From sequence record MZ375356.1: a DNA stretch of 64,000 nt; one strand, written 5' to 3'. The position numbers and the translations under genes were made by a program. Under the pieces are notes generated by a model. It searched no databases. It had not been told where the DNA came from and worked only from the letters and a program-made list of their open reading frames with translations. Of the stretch, positions 42,605 through 53,705 are shown in pieces (position 1 is the first letter of the stretch; each line of letters opens with the position of its first letter). The stretch comes from Escherichia phage T4.

Positions 42605-43336
42605 TTAGATATTTAAGTTATCTTGCACTTCTTGCTTTTTCTCTTGTGTGACTTCGTCCTTTCTCAAAAATTCATATTTAAATGAAACGATCATATCAAG
42701 TTCATATGATGTTGTATCTAACTTAAATCGTTCAAAACGAGGTAAAATCTTAGATTGAACAGCAGCAACAACATCCATATACTTAAATGCTTCTGTCAAC
42801 TGCGATTTAAGGCATTCGCAAATTGAAAGAGAATTTTTTGTATTAGGTTTAAAGCTAATTCGTGCAGTTCTATTATTTTCTTTTAACGGTCTTACTTCCA
42901 TCTGAAGAGTATAACCATCAAATTTCAGATTCTTTAAGTTAATGTCAGAGCCTTTTAATCGACTAGCAGTAGACAAAATTTGCTTTAATTGTCTACGGAA
43001 CAGAGCAATAAATCTCCATTCAATACGATAATGATTTGGATTGAAAAATCCAGATGATAAATCGACCTTACTTTGACCAACGCCTTGAACAAATAGAGGA
43101 TTTTTATAATCAATAGTTTTACAGAAATCGGTGAGCTGTTCACGAGCAGTCATTTGAGTAATATACCCTGCTTTACTAAAATTACGCACCCATTCACTGC
43201 TATTCGTATACTTAAAGTGATGAATAACACGATTAACTTTATCAGGGTCTAAATTATTTTCACACAAAAATGTCATAACATCACGAGTATAGCTGGCATT
43301 ACGAACCATATCTTCAATTTGAGAACGAGTTTTCAT
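42605..43336 (-). CDS. hypothetical protein, 243 aa
   Basis: ORF track. Confidence 0.5.
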   Translation of the reverse strand: MKTRSQIEDMVRNASYTRDVMTFLCENNLDPDKVNRVIHHFKYTNSSEWVRNFSKAGYITQMTAREQLTDFCKTIDYKNPLFVQGVGQSKVDLSSGFFNPNHYRIEWRFIALFRRQLKQILSTASRLKGSDINLKNLKFDGYTLQMEVRPLKENNRTARISFKPNTKNSLSICECLKSQLTEAFKYMDVVAAVQSKILPRFERFKLDTTSYELDMIVSFKYEFLRKDEVTQEKKQEVQDNLNI

Positions 43337-43344
43337 GGTGTTCC

Positions 43345-44175
43345 TTAAGATTTAAGTAAATCAACAATTTTAATTAACTTTTCACGCTCAGATTTAGCTT
43401 TACTACTCAATCCAGATAGTCTGAAAATTTCATCATATTGTTGAATAGAAATATTCAGCTCTTCAATTTGCTTATTAAAATAATCAATTTGTTCAGAATG
43501 TTTTTCGTTACTACGAACTGGTACAGGTTTTGTAGGCAATTTAGTTGAACTGGATTCATTCGGGCGATAAATTAAAATGCAATTTGAACCAATCGGGCAT
43601 TTAGCACCAGATGAATATTCTAACGTTCCAGCTTCTTTTAAAACTTCAAAAGCTAAACAGAGATGATGCCCCATATTAACATAATCAGTAGAGCGAGCTC
43701 TGATGTAATAATCATCTCCACGAGTGCTAAATTTAAAGCATTTAAGGTCTTCTGTATTATTAGTTTTAAAAATCATTTGTTTATCTAGACCTTTAGCCAA
43801 TCGAGCACCTAATGCTAATAATCGTCGTTGATTTTCCCACAAATCTGCGATCATTTGGTCAAATGATAATTTCGGCATTAGCCGACCATAAAGGTCATAT
43901 CCTTTATTATAATTGCGAAGGATTTCACTCGCATTAATACGAGACAACGCTCCAATTTTATTAAGGGCTTTCATAATACGATTAGATAAACTCATTCCAG
44001 ACCCGTTTGTTCGCTGTAAATGTTTTTCTAATCCAAATCCAATATCAACTTTAAATTTATCTAAAATTTCAGCATGAACATCTCTGTCAATAACATTCAA
44101 ATCCAAAGTTGGGTTAAATCTATGAAAAAATTTATCTGGCTCTCCACGACGTAAAACAGTCCATTCATTCATCAT
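43345..44175 (-). CDS. hypothetical protein, 276 aa
   Basis: ORF track. Confidence 0.5.
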   Translation of the reverse strand: MMNEWTVLRRGEPDKFFHRFNPTLDLNVIDRDVHAEILDKFKVDIGFGLEKHLQRTNGSGMSLSNRIMKALNKIGALSRINASEILRNYNKGYDLYGRLMPKLSFDQMIADLWENQRRLLALGARLAKGLDKQMIFKTNNTEDLKCFKFSTRGDDYYIRARSTDYVNMGHHLCLAFEVLKEAGTLEYSSGAKCPIGSNCILIYRPNESSSTKLPTKPVPVRSNEKHSEQIDYFNKQIEELNISIQQYDEIFRLSGLSSKAKSEREKLIKIVDLLKS

Positions 44176-44238
44176 TTTTTATTAACTAAAGATTTAATTA
44201 CTGCGTTGACATTATTAATTACTACTGACATATTTTCC

Positions 44239-44641
44239 TCACTCAATTTTACCAATTACGCGGAATAAGATTGAACAGACTATATAAGTACCACATATAG
44301 ATTGAACTAATGCCATTCCAAAGAACCAAACAATATTATCAAACCATGTCTGTTTTACGTCGAAAGGACGTAAACTTACAGTAATATTATCACCTTTTTC
44401 TATTGAAGAATACATCTCTGGGGGAAATATATTCACTAAATCTATAACCGTCTTTGAGTTCATATACAGCAATAAACGATAAACTAGACCCCTTTCCTTG
44501 AGTTCCTGTAAGGGTATTAACTACAGTAACATCATAATCTTTATAATGCATATAATCATTAATTGCGTAATAACCATATGCAATTACTATACATAAACAA
44601 CATATCAATAAATTCAATCTTTTAATTATCAACTGTTTCAT
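44239..44641 (-). CDS. membrane protein region read as two overlapping ORFs (83 aa and 77 aa)
   Basis: ORFs 44390..44641 and 44239..44472, each with a hydrophobic helix; possibly one gene with a frame change. Confidence 0.3.
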
Positions 44642-44696
44642 AATAATCTCAATTAAAAGGGCTTAGAACCATTATACCATCCTTAGTATAAAGCGG

Positions 44697-45224
44697 TTAT
44701 GCGAGTACCGTATTTAACCGTTCTTCAAACTTCCGAAGAGTGTTCTGGCGTTCAGCTCTTTGCTTTTTGTAAGTTTCAATACGCTCTGAAATGAGAGTGT
44801 ATCGTTCATTTACTGATTCTTTCATAAAATCAGGAATTTCACGAGAAGCTTTAATCTCGTCAAATTTATCAATAACAGCTTGCTCTTCAGCAATTAAGTT
44901 ATCATACATCAAAATATCTTTCTTGATGAACTCAATATCTTCTTGAGTTACACGAGATAATTTAGATGCTTTATCCTTTTTGTACTGTTCGTTAGTATCA
45001 CGAGACCAGTGTAATGTACGATTTTTATTCGTATTCTTGTAAATTTCTACAATACCAATCTCATCGATAATAACGATCCAATTCCAACGGGATTTGTAAA
45101 TTTGTCCTCCATTAACAGTGATTTCACCTCCGATTGAGATGTCATTAAAGAACTTGCTTTGTGCTTCTGATTTAAATTTACCATCGTTGTAATTTACCAG
45201 GTTGAAAATATCTTTAGCGTTCAT
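44697..45224 (-). CDS. hypothetical protein, about 175 aa
   Basis: ATG MNAKDIF after GGAGG SD and early promoter; track ORF starts at an upstream start codon. Confidence 0.5.
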   Translation of the reverse strand: MNAKDIFNLVNYNDGKFKSEAQSKFFNDISIGGEITVNGGQIYKSRWNWIVIIDEIGIVEIYKNTNKNRTLHWSRDTNEQYKKDKASKLSRVTQEDIEFIKKDILMYDNLIAEEQAVIDKFDEIKASREIPDFMKESVNERYTLISERIETYKKQRAERQNTLRKFEERLNTVLA

Positions 45225-45252
45225 TTTGTGTTCCTCCGTAGTTGATAGTTGT

Positions 45253-45282
45253 ATAGTACCACAGAGGAACGGTCTTGTAAAC
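45253..45282 (-). promoter_or_regulatory. T4-type early promoter
   Basis: GTTTAC-18 nt-TACTAT plus conserved leader. Confidence 0.6.
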
Positions 45283-45284
45283 AA

Positions 45285-45599
45285 CTAAAAGAAACTTCTT
45301 TCACAATTTTTTCCACTGAACCAAGCGCTCACTGCTTTCTTAGTTTCAGGAGCAGTGTTATCCATAAACCATTCAAAGGCAGCCTTTTTATGATTCTGGA
45401 GGGCTTCTCGGGCTTTAATCTGCTCACGGTCTATTAACACTAACATATGAGCCTTTCTTGTCACCAGGGGCTTCTTATGATTTTTTGAATACTCCCAATC
45501 ATTTGTCCATCGCATCGTTGTTGCGAATTGAAATACAGCTTCTTTAATCTTAGTTTCGTAAATTTCACGAGCCTTTGAGTATAACATCATTACCTCCAT
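45285..45599 (-). CDS. hypothetical protein, 104 aa
   Basis: ORF track. Confidence 0.4.
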   Translation of the reverse strand: MEVMMLYSKAREIYETKIKEAVFQFATTMRWTNDWEYSKNHKKPLVTRKAHMLVLIDREQIKAREALQNHKKAAFEWFMDNTAPETKKAVSAWFSGKNCERSFF

Positions 45600-45689
45600 T
45601 TACCAGTTTAATTCTAGTCATCTTTTTGATGGCAGTCCATATAATCTATTTCTGAACTGCCTTTTTGTCTTAGAAGGCCTCTTATGAAT

Positions 45690-46658
45690 TTATTTCAGAA
45701 GAGTAACCGTAGCGATTTCTTCCCAACCGTTTTTGTCGGTCATAATAAAGTCAGCAAGATAAAGTGCAGTACGCAGTGAAACATTACGTAAACGGTTAAC
45801 ATTGACTTTCATCCATGATAATGCTTTATAAGTTTCTTCATCAGAAAGACCACGCTTTTGCATCATGTCGGTTGAAAGAATAACATCTTCAACCCTGACC
45901 ATAATTTCTTCATTAGTGTGAACACCCAAATCCAAATAAACTGAGCGGGACACTAATGCTTGTAAATGTGGAGCAAGTTTAGTACCACGGTCTAATTCGC
46001 GGTCAATGTCAACGTTTGTGATAAAAACAATTGTTCCTTTAAATTCAAACTCACGCTCAATGCCTTTTTCTTCTAAGTAAGAAGATGCAGTGCTCCAGCA
46101 GACTTTACGGGTCTCTCCAGTGTCCAGAGCAGCTTTCAGAAGATTAAGAATGTCCATATCAGAGAAAACATCCACATCATCAATCAAAAGGACAGAATTC
46201 TCTTCACGATTATTCCAAAGCTGTTCATAAAGACCGATACCAGAGATTTTACCGTTAATGCTTTTATACTCAATGTATCCAATATCATTTGCTTTATTCA
46301 AAGCTTTATCTAAAGAATATGTTTTACCAATACCCGCCGCACCAGAGATAATTAATGAACGAATATTTCCGTTAATAATACCATTCGTCATCATTCCCAT
46401 AACATTAAATCTTTTATTAATGCGGGTTTTCATATCTTCATATGATTCTTTAACTTCTTCAACTTTTACACCATCATATGAAATGTCTGATTTGTAAACC
46501 CAAACACCGCGACGTTTACCGTCAATTTCAACAAAAACTTTACCATCTCCTTGTGCATCTACCGGAGCATTATCAGGGAACCATTCACCTAAGAGCTCAA
46601 AAGTTCCAGAGATTTCTTTACCGAAGTAGATACCCTTATTGATAGTTACAGTTTTCAT
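45690..46658 (-). CDS. P-loop NTPase-like protein, about 322 aa
   Basis: Walker A SGAAGIGKTY, Walker B-like LLIDDVD; ATG MKTVTINKG after early promoter. Confidence 0.5.
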   Translation of the reverse strand: MKTVTINKGIYFGKEISGTFELLGEWFPDNAPVDAQGDGKVFVEIDGKRRGVWVYKSDISYDGVKVEEVKESYEDMKTRINKRFNVMGMMTNGIINGNIRSLIISGAAGIGKTYSLDKALNKANDIGYIEYKSINGKISGIGLYEQLWNNREENSVLLIDDVDVFSDMDILNLLKAALDTGETRKVCWSTASSYLEEKGIEREFEFKGTIVFITNVDIDRELDRGTKLAPHLQALVSRSVYLDLGVHTNEEIMVRVEDVILSTDMMQKRGLSDEETYKALSWMKVNVNRLRNVSLRTALYLADFIMTDKNGWEEIATVTLLK

Positions 46659-46692
46659 TTTATTCTCCAAATCCGTATCAGTTGATAGTTGT

Positions 46693-46722
46693 ATAGTACC
46701 ATAAAGCTTTATGCTTGTAAAC
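46693..46722 (-). promoter_or_regulatory. T4-type early promoter
   Basis: GTTTAC-18 nt-TACTAT plus conserved leader. Confidence 0.6.
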
Positions 46723-46752
46723 CGTTTTGTGAAAAAATTTTGAAATAAAAAA

Positions 46753-46770
46753 GGGAGCCCGAAGGCTCCC
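46753..46770 (-). terminator. CUUCGG-type hairpin
   Basis: Transcript GGGAGCCUUCGGGCUCCC. Confidence 0.45.
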
Positions 46771-46772
46771 TA

Positions 46773-47000
46773 TCATTTATAATAACTTCGATGGTTTTCA
46801 AGATAAACCCTCTCAAGGAAGTCATCCCAGAAACTCATGTCTACTTTTTGCTGCATACCGTTCTTAGAAGCTTCAGTAGATGCTGCTTCTATACCGTCGT
46901 ATGAATATCCTTCACAATGCTCAACTGCTAATTGATATGAATCTATTTCAATATCATGCGCTAATTTAATGATTTTTTCAAACTGTTCGCGTGTTAGCAT
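46773..47000 (-). CDS. hypothetical protein, 75 aa
   Basis: ORF track. Confidence 0.4.
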   Translation of the reverse strand: MLTREQFEKIIKLAHDIEIDSYQLAVEHCEGYSYDGIEAASTEASKNGMQQKVDMSFWDDFLERVYLENHRSYYK

Positions 47001-47002
47001 AC

Positions 47003-47248
47003 TTAAACTCTCGTATTATGATCGATAATTTCATCAAGAAACATATCTAACGCTTCTACAGCATTATTAACTTTAGCTTCAAATTCTTCAATACCTGATA
47101 AGGCAAAGTTAATGCGTTCCTCATCTGCTTTACGAATTAAAGCTACCAATTCCTTAATTTTATCCGCTTGTTCGATACTAATCATTATTCCACCACATGA
47201 AAGAGAGAATATTGCACACGCCATGTGAGTTGCAACTTCATCACACAT
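47003..47248 (-). CDS. hypothetical protein, 81 aa
   Basis: ORF track. Confidence 0.4.
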   Translation of the reverse strand: MCDEVATHMACAIFSLSCGGIMISIEQADKIKELVALIRKADEERINFALSGIEEFEAKVNNAVEALDMFLDEIIDHNTRV

Positions 47249-47397
47249 TATAACGTTTCTTAAGAAGTTCTACAAGTTCTTCACTAGTAACTTCATCCAT
47301 GTCGACGAAAAAATCACCATTAATGATGACGTAGATATTTCCTTCTTGATTGAGTGCTTCAATTTTCATGATGTTCTCCTCTTTATCCGATGGTTGT

Positions 47398-47427
47398 ATA
47401 GTACCACAGCTCAAACGGAAAGTAAAC
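47398..47427 (-). promoter_or_regulatory. T4-type early promoter
   Basis: GTTTAC-18 nt-TACTAT. Confidence 0.55.
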
Positions 47428-47444
47428 CGGTAAAATGAAAAAAA

Positions 47445-47460
47445 GTCTCCCGAAGGAGAC
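47445..47460 (-). terminator. CUUCGG-type hairpin
   Basis: Transcript GUCUCCUUCGGGAGAC. Confidence 0.45.
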
Positions 47461-47465
47461 TAATG

Positions 47466-47852
47466 TTATTCGAGGGAAAGAAGATACTTACTCTGGTAAA
47501 ACATTCCAGTAATATCATCTATCGTGCTTTGGATGGCTGGAGGCATTTCTTTATAAATGCTGTTAGATTGGTCTAGTATGCGATCAATCATTTTAATTGT
47601 GTCGGTAGGAAGTTTACTGGCATCTGGAATTGAAGGCGTGTATTTTCGACCAGAATACCCCAAATATTGCTCACCAAATTTATCAATCAAATCTGGCAAC
47701 TCGGAAAAAATAAAATCGTATGCTTTGTGTCTAGCATAACTTTTAGTTTCAAAATGTGCAGAATGAAAATAAGCTTGTGCAGCCATTAATAAACCTAAGT
47801 ATTCATCTGCCTTTGAAGGTTTTCCACTTTGTGAAAAGTCGCTGAATTTCAT
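47466..47852 (-). CDS. hypothetical protein, 128 aa
   Basis: ORF track; overlaps rI stop. Confidence 0.45.
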   Translation of the reverse strand: MKFSDFSQSGKPSKADEYLGLLMAAQAYFHSAHFETKSYARHKAYDFIFSELPDLIDKFGEQYLGYSGRKYTPSIPDASKLPTDTIKMIDRILDQSNSIYKEMPPAIQSTIDDITGMFYQSKYLLSLE

Positions 47853-48142
47853 TCAGTCTCCAATTTAATGTTCATAATTCTAGCGTATGATTGTGCCATC
47901 TCCGCGCCTCGCTCTATACATTCAAAATCAGAAGAGCACGGGTCATTTTTATAGGTCGTTCTCATAAAACTATAGAATTGTTCAGACGATTCTACGCTTT
48001 TATTTTCAAAAAGCATATAAACGTGCCTAATACCAGATTCCATAAATTTATCAAAATGAGGATCGACATTCGCTTCAATCGATGGAGATAAAACAAATGA
48101 CAATCCTAGCATGGCAAAAAGTGCTGTTGCTTTTAAGGCCAT
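47849..48142 (-). CDS. rI: lysis-inhibition regulator RI
   Basis: 97 aa MALKATALFAMLGLSFVLSPSIEA... with N-terminal signal-anchor. Confidence 0.8.
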   Translation of the reverse strand: MALKATALFAMLGLSFVLSPSIEANVDPHFDKFMESGIRHVYMLFENKSVESSEQFYSFMRTTYKNDPCSSDFECIERGAEMAQSYARIMNIKLETE

Positions 48143-48398
48143 AAAGGCCTCCTATCATTTTTGTCCTGTATTTACTTTGTGCCGATGCACGGCCTTAACA
48201 TCAAGGTATTTTTCAAAATTTCGCAATAGTATAGTCTGCCGGAGATTGGTTGAGTGATACTTCTCGACGCAAAGCTGAAATGATATTTCCAACTTCCCTA
48301 CGAATTTCATCTAATTGAAGAACAGTAAGATTGCGAAGTTGCTTTTCAGTTAATTAGCATATACCCCTTTAGTTAGATACCTATTTATAACTTTTGCA

Positions 48399-48980
48399 CT
48401 AACCGAGCTTTTTAGTTAATTCATTCCAATGTTTTCTACACAAAGAAACATAAATTTCATCACCAATACAAATTTGATTACCTTCTTTAACTGGTGTTCC
48501 ATCTTCCATTAATCGAGCTGTCATAATCGCTTTTTTACCACAATGACAAACTGCTTTTAGTTCAATAAGTTTATCTGCAATCGCTAAAAGTTCTTTAGAA
48601 CCTTCAAATAATTTTCCAGCGAAATCAGTCCTTAGCCCATAAGCCATAACAGGAACATTATATGTATCAACAATTCGGCTCAATTGATGCACCTGTTCAG
48701 TTTTTAAAAACTGAGCTTCATCTACAAATACGCAATGAATATCTTTTTGTGCTTCAGCCCATTTATAGAACTCGAAAATATCCATATCATCTGTAATAAT
48801 ATTCGCTTCCTGCTTAATTCCAATGCGAGAAACGACTTCACAGACAGAATCGCGAGTATCAATAGCAGGCTTAAGAACTAATACACTCATTCCACGTTCT
48901 TTATAATTATGTGCAGCAGTCAAAAGAGAAGCAGATTTTCCAGCATTCATTGCTGCATAAGTAAAAATTAAACTCGCCAT
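48399..48980 (-). CDS. tk: thymidine kinase
   Basis: 193 aa; P-loop NAGKSASL; zinc-ribbon CHCGKK...C..C. Confidence 0.9.
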   Translation of the reverse strand: MASLIFTYAAMNAGKSASLLTAAHNYKERGMSVLVLKPAIDTRDSVCEVVSRIGIKQEANIITDDMDIFEFYKWAEAQKDIHCVFVDEAQFLKTEQVHQLSRIVDTYNVPVMAYGLRTDFAGKLFEGSKELLAIADKLIELKAVCHCGKKAIMTARLMEDGTPVKEGNQICIGDEIYVSLCRKHWNELTKKLG

Positions 48981-48981
48981 C

Positions 48982-49170
48982 TTAGTCCTTAGTTAAATTT
49001 TCTAAATATGTTTCTAAATCATTTTCAGCTTTATCGATAGATTTTACTAATTCGTAATATGTTTCGGCATCTCCATATTCAGAAGATATTTCAAAAGACA
49101 AATCCTTTTCTAAACTAATAATTTCACCAACTAAAAATAATATTTCGTTCTTTTGTTCGCGAGTAATCAT
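48982..49170 (-). CDS. hypothetical protein, 62 aa
   Basis: ORF track. Confidence 0.4.
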   Translation of the reverse strand: MITREQKNEILFLVGEIISLEKDLSFEISSEYGDAETYYELVKSIDKAENDLETYLENLTKD

Positions 49171-49404
49171 AAGGAATTTATATAATCAATGAGTTCTTGT
49201 TCTTTATTATCGAATTCTTTAGAAAGTTCTTCGTACTCGTTTGCGCTAAAAGGACCGCATTCATTACAAACTTTTTCCAATTCACTATTTTTATCCATAA
49301 CTTCGTGGATAAGAGAAAAGAGTGTCTTTTTGTTCTTTGCTTAAACTCATAACCATGTCACCTTTAAGCAGTATTCTTCTACATGCTGTTTACGACCTTT
49401 CTTA

Positions 49405-49981
49405 TCAATAGGTATATTCAACGAATGTTCCAATGTAGTCATCTACATCATGTGGACTATTAATTGGACATTTAGTGCGACAAATGCGTTCCCATTGACG
49501 AATAATTACTGCCTTATTCTTTGGGTCATATGGATGTGGATAATGTATATTCAATAATGGTTCCCAATCAACAATCACAATTTCTAATTTAGAGGAATAT
49601 GTATCTAAAATCCCCTCAAATATCCCAGTTCCCTTTACCTATGCCTGCACCAATCCTAGGCATATAGATTGTAGGTTTAATCAGTTTATTTTCACCAAAC
49701 TCATTTAATTCTAACATACAATTCATTAAAGCGGATACTCAATTTGGCCCTGGTTGAAATTGAGTATAAAGATTGAAGCAGTAAGCTTTATGAGTCCTAA
49801 AGTATTTTTCATAGACTGAGTAAGAACCGAGTTTAGTTACATCACCCCATTCAGTCTGTAATTTATCAGCTTCCAAAATTTTAGGGAAAGCTTTGGTTAA
49901 TTGACCCGCTACGCCTGAACCCATAGTATGAAAACAATTATCCATGTGCAATATTTTTACCTTCAGCGAAAAGGGCGACAA
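49405..49981 (-). pseudogene. macro-domain-like gene interrupted by an in-frame TGA and one frame change
   Basis: ORF 49739..49981 (MDNCFHTMGSGVAGQ) stops at TGA, frame continues ...YMPRIGAGIGKGNW, then shifts to a third protein-like segment. Confidence 0.4.
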
Positions 49982-50003
49982 TATCGCCCTTGATATTTTA
50001 CAA

Positions 50004-50351
50004 TCATCTAGTACTCAATCCTCGATTATAAGAATCTACCAAACGGTCAACCATTGAATGACAAGCGGCTTTATCTTTCTCCTCCGCAACTGAACATTCT
50101 AAGGTATTCCACTTTTTAGCATATCGTTTTAACAATGTATCGTTTTTGTATCTGCTTGATTTATCTCTTTCTCCGTCTTTATATGCATATATTAATTTCT
50201 GTGCAAATTCAGCTTGGCATGCCTTATTTTTCCCACAATAATCTGCCGCAGTGCGGTTTACATATTCTCTAATTTCAGTATATGATGTATCTGCTGACGC
50301 AGAAGCAGAAAATGAAATTAATCCTATACATAAAACCAAAATTTTAGTCAT
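50004..50351 (-). CDS. secreted small protein, 115 aa
   Basis: N-terminal signal peptide ILVLCIGLISFSASASA; four Cys. Confidence 0.45.
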   Translation of the reverse strand: MTKILVLCIGLISFSASASADTSYTEIREYVNRTAADYCGKNKACQAEFAQKLIYAYKDGERDKSSRYKNDTLLKRYAKKWNTLECSVAEEKDKAACHSMVDRLVDSYNRGLSTR

Positions 50352-50889
50352 TTACTATTTCCAAAAGTTTATTATTTTTAAGGTAATTAGCCTTTTCTAG
50401 GACTTCAGAAGCATATTTAGAACCTGCTTTAACATTCCATCCCGAATTATAAGAGGATATTGCTTTTCTTATATCGCCCTTATGTATATTTAACCAATAA
50501 GAAAGTTCAATGTACGCCCAGGAAGCTGAATTGGATCGTTTATTCAACATTCTTTTTATTTCAGCATCGGTCATATTATAACCAAGTTCCTTAACTCTTG
50601 CTCGCATAGTAGGCAAATAATTTTGGAACATTCCGTAGGCGTGATGCTTTGGTTTAGATTTTAAATTAACTCCGCCAGAGCTTTCTTGCCATAAAATGGC
50701 AGCCATTATATGACCTAATCCGCTCTTGTGGATATTTTTGTGTGTTTTATATTTTCCATCCTTAGAAAATTGTTCCCCGAATTGATACGCGTAACGCATG
50801 TTATCGAGTTGGACATTACTGAAATTATGCTCGGAGCTATGTGCCATCATTGAAATGGCCAATAGACCAGCGAGTAGTGCTTTTCTCAT
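50344..50889 (-). CDS. lytic transglycosylase-like protein with signal peptide
   Basis: 181 aa; ILWQESSG, GMFQ and SYNSG motifs typical of SLT-family enzymes. Confidence 0.55.
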   Translation of the reverse strand: MRKALLAGLLAISMMAHSSEHNFSNVQLDNMRYAYQFGEQFSKDGKYKTHKNIHKSGLGHIMAAILWQESSGGVNLKSKPKHHAYGMFQNYLPTMRARVKELGYNMTDAEIKRMLNKRSNSASWAYIELSYWLNIHKGDIRKAISSYNSGWNVKAGSKYASEVLEKANYLKNNKLLEIVND

Positions 50890-50896
50890 GCTTACC

Positions 50897-51358
50897 TCAT
50901 TGAGTTTTAATTACTGCTTTAGAAGCCTTTCCTGGTAAACGACGACTGTTGATAATTGCCATCCTACATTGAAGTGACGGGTCTTTGAACTTCTCGTTAG
51001 GTTTACAAACTGTAAATCCAAGCCAAAGATTTCCATCTGTGATTTCTAAACGTCCAGGACGATATTCAACCCCATCAATAAAATCCTCGTCAATGTCAGG
51101 ACGCGGAGGCATACTCAGGAATTCATTAACTTCTAAAACATGGTCTTTTATTTTATGGAATAATTCAAAAACGTATGTCTCATCAATCTCCCGTTGAATT
51201 GCGCGATCAAGAAGATGTTGAGAATATTTTAGATGAAACGATGAGACTCCTGCTGCTTTTGATGCCTCACGAATCTCATTGTTAATTTGACGAAACTCCG
51301 ACTCAAAGTGACGACGAAGCTTATTTCGACGGATAAAAACTTCTGTATTGATAGTCAT
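50897..51358 (-). CDS. regB: endoribonuclease RegB
   Basis: 153 aa; early promoter directly upstream; synteny. Confidence 0.75.
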   Translation of the reverse strand: MTINTEVFIRRNKLRRHFESEFRQINNEIREASKAAGVSSFHLKYSQHLLDRAIQREIDETYVFELFHKIKDHVLEVNEFLSMPPRPDIDEDFIDGVEYRPGRLEITDGNLWLGFTVCKPNEKFKDPSLQCRMAIINSRRLPGKASKAVIKTQ

Positions 51359-51385
51359 GTTATTCTCCTCTTAACTGATAGAAAA

Positions 51386-51415
51386 ATTATACCACAGTCA
51401 AGAGGAGATGTAAAC
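51386..51415 (-). promoter_or_regulatory. T4-type early promoter
   Basis: GTTTAC-18 nt-TATAAT then GAGGAG SD. Confidence 0.6.
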
Positions 51416-51427
51416 TGTTATTTATCT

Positions 51428-51718
51428 TTAATTGCTAGCTGCTTCGATAGCCGCTTGCTGAAGGTCATCCATAGACATGCCGAACTTAGAAGCAAAGTTA
51501 TCAATTTTCTTTTCGACGGCATTCAAAGGCTTGGCCTGTTTACCTTCATTAGCGCCAGGAAGAGCGAGAATACGCTCTCTGTCAATATAAAGGCTTACAA
51601 GTTTCTTACGGTCTTTATCGGGCAAATCATGAAATGAATGGGCCTTTTTATTTACAGCGGCTTCTAATTTACCTGCGCCCACTCGCGCTTCGGCAATAAA
51701 TTCTTGATATGTTTTCAT
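51428..51718 (-). CDS. internal protein (IP family) with capsid-targeting N-terminus
   Basis: 96 aa starting MKTYQEFIAEA, the conserved IP targeting sequence. Confidence 0.65.
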   Translation of the reverse strand: MKTYQEFIAEARVGAGKLEAAVNKKAHSFHDLPDKDRKKLVSLYIDRERILALPGANEGKQAKPLNAVEKKIDNFASKFGMSMDDLQQAAIEAASN

Positions 51719-51805
51719 ATGTTTCCTTTAAATATTTTAATTAGTAATTGTCTATTCAAGTAATTGTGAATATACTATCACAATTCCAAGAGAAAGTAAA
51801 CAGCT

Positions 51806-52770
<965 letters not shown>

Positions 52771-52943
52771 TTTAATTTCCTGCATTCAGTGATAAAGTTA
52801 TTTAAATTTTGAGCATATTTCTTTTCATCAAAAATCTTTTGCTGTCTGCGTAACCGCCATGGCATTTCAATGAACATACGCCATATTCCTGATAATACTG
52901 CTGCTGTAAAAATATTAACAAGTAGTTAAAAGAATCCAATCGC

Positions 52944-53159
52944 CTATTCTGTCCATTGGATTTTTATAAAAAAGTAAAATACGAATGATGATATAGGAAG
53001 ACTAATGATATACCACTGACCGTCTTCATTACCCATTACTGCGTAAGTTTCAAACATCGGATGGTCAGGACCGATAACTTTAATATCATTCACCGTACGA
53101 CCGAAATCTTCTGAAACACATTTCATAAAGAAGTTGAAAAGTTCACCGTAATTATCCAT
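52944..53159 (-). CDS. hypothetical protein, 71 aa
   Basis: ATG MDNYGELF after GGAG SD; track ORF starts at an upstream start codon. Confidence 0.4.
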   Translation of the reverse strand: MDNYGELFNFFMKCVSEDFGRTVNDIKVIGPDHPMFETYAVMGNEDGQWYIISLPISSFVFYFFIKIQWTE

Positions 53160-53200
53160 TTTATTCTCCAAGTTATTTTCTGTATCAGTAGTTGATAGTT

Positions 53201-53230
53201 GTAGTACCATGGAAGAACAAGGATGTAAAC
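53201..53230 (-). promoter_or_regulatory. T4-type early promoter with atypical -10 (TACTAC)
   Basis: GTTTAC-18 nt-TACTAC; other copies read TACTATACAACTATC, this one lacks one TA. Confidence 0.45.
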
Positions 53231-53361
53231 AGTTTTGTGAAAAAATTTTTAAAAAGTTTTAGGGAATTCTAGGGCGGAGAGGGGCAATTAAAAGATAGGA
53301 TAATATATTATAAAGGGTATAAACTAAATGATGCCTAGAGAGGTCTGGAAAGGCTTAGATA

Positions 53362-53390
53362 CCAAAAAGCCCCAACCTTTCGGTCGGGGC
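53362..53390 (-). terminator. intrinsic terminator at end of tRNA/stable-RNA unit
   Basis: Transcript GCCCCGACCGAAAGGUUGGGGC followed by UUUUU. Confidence 0.55.
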
Positions 53391-53439
53391 TAAGCCTTGC
53401 GGCAACCTTGTCGGGGTTCCACCTGCCAAGGCAAGTGTT

Positions 53440-53585
53440 TGTACGAAACGCCGGGATTCGAACCCGGTTATTAAGTAGTTGACGCTACTCAATATTTTTA
53501 AAAGGCCATATCTCAACCATATCCGAACGTTCCGTCAAAAACGCTACTCGGCTTACGGCAAAGATATTTCCTCGAATCGATAATT
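53440..53585 (-). ncRNA. stable RNA-like locus with tRNA-like T-arm (position of T4 stable RNA species)
   Basis: No ORF; contains CCGGGUUCGAAUCCCGG; boundaries approximate. Confidence 0.35.
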
Positions 53586-53703
53586 TGGTGCGCCGTTTCT
53601 GCTGTGATGTAAGAGGGCATCAATAAACGCAAAGATTATTAACGCAATTCCTTACTCAGGGAACATCAGTCCGACGACTTACCGGTAGCGACCCGGTTTC
53701 TCA
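53586..53703 (-). ncRNA. stable RNA-like locus ending in ...GCGCACCA (position of T4 stable RNA species)
   Basis: No ORF; tRNA-like 3' end; boundaries approximate. Confidence 0.35.
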
Positions 53704-53705
53704 TT

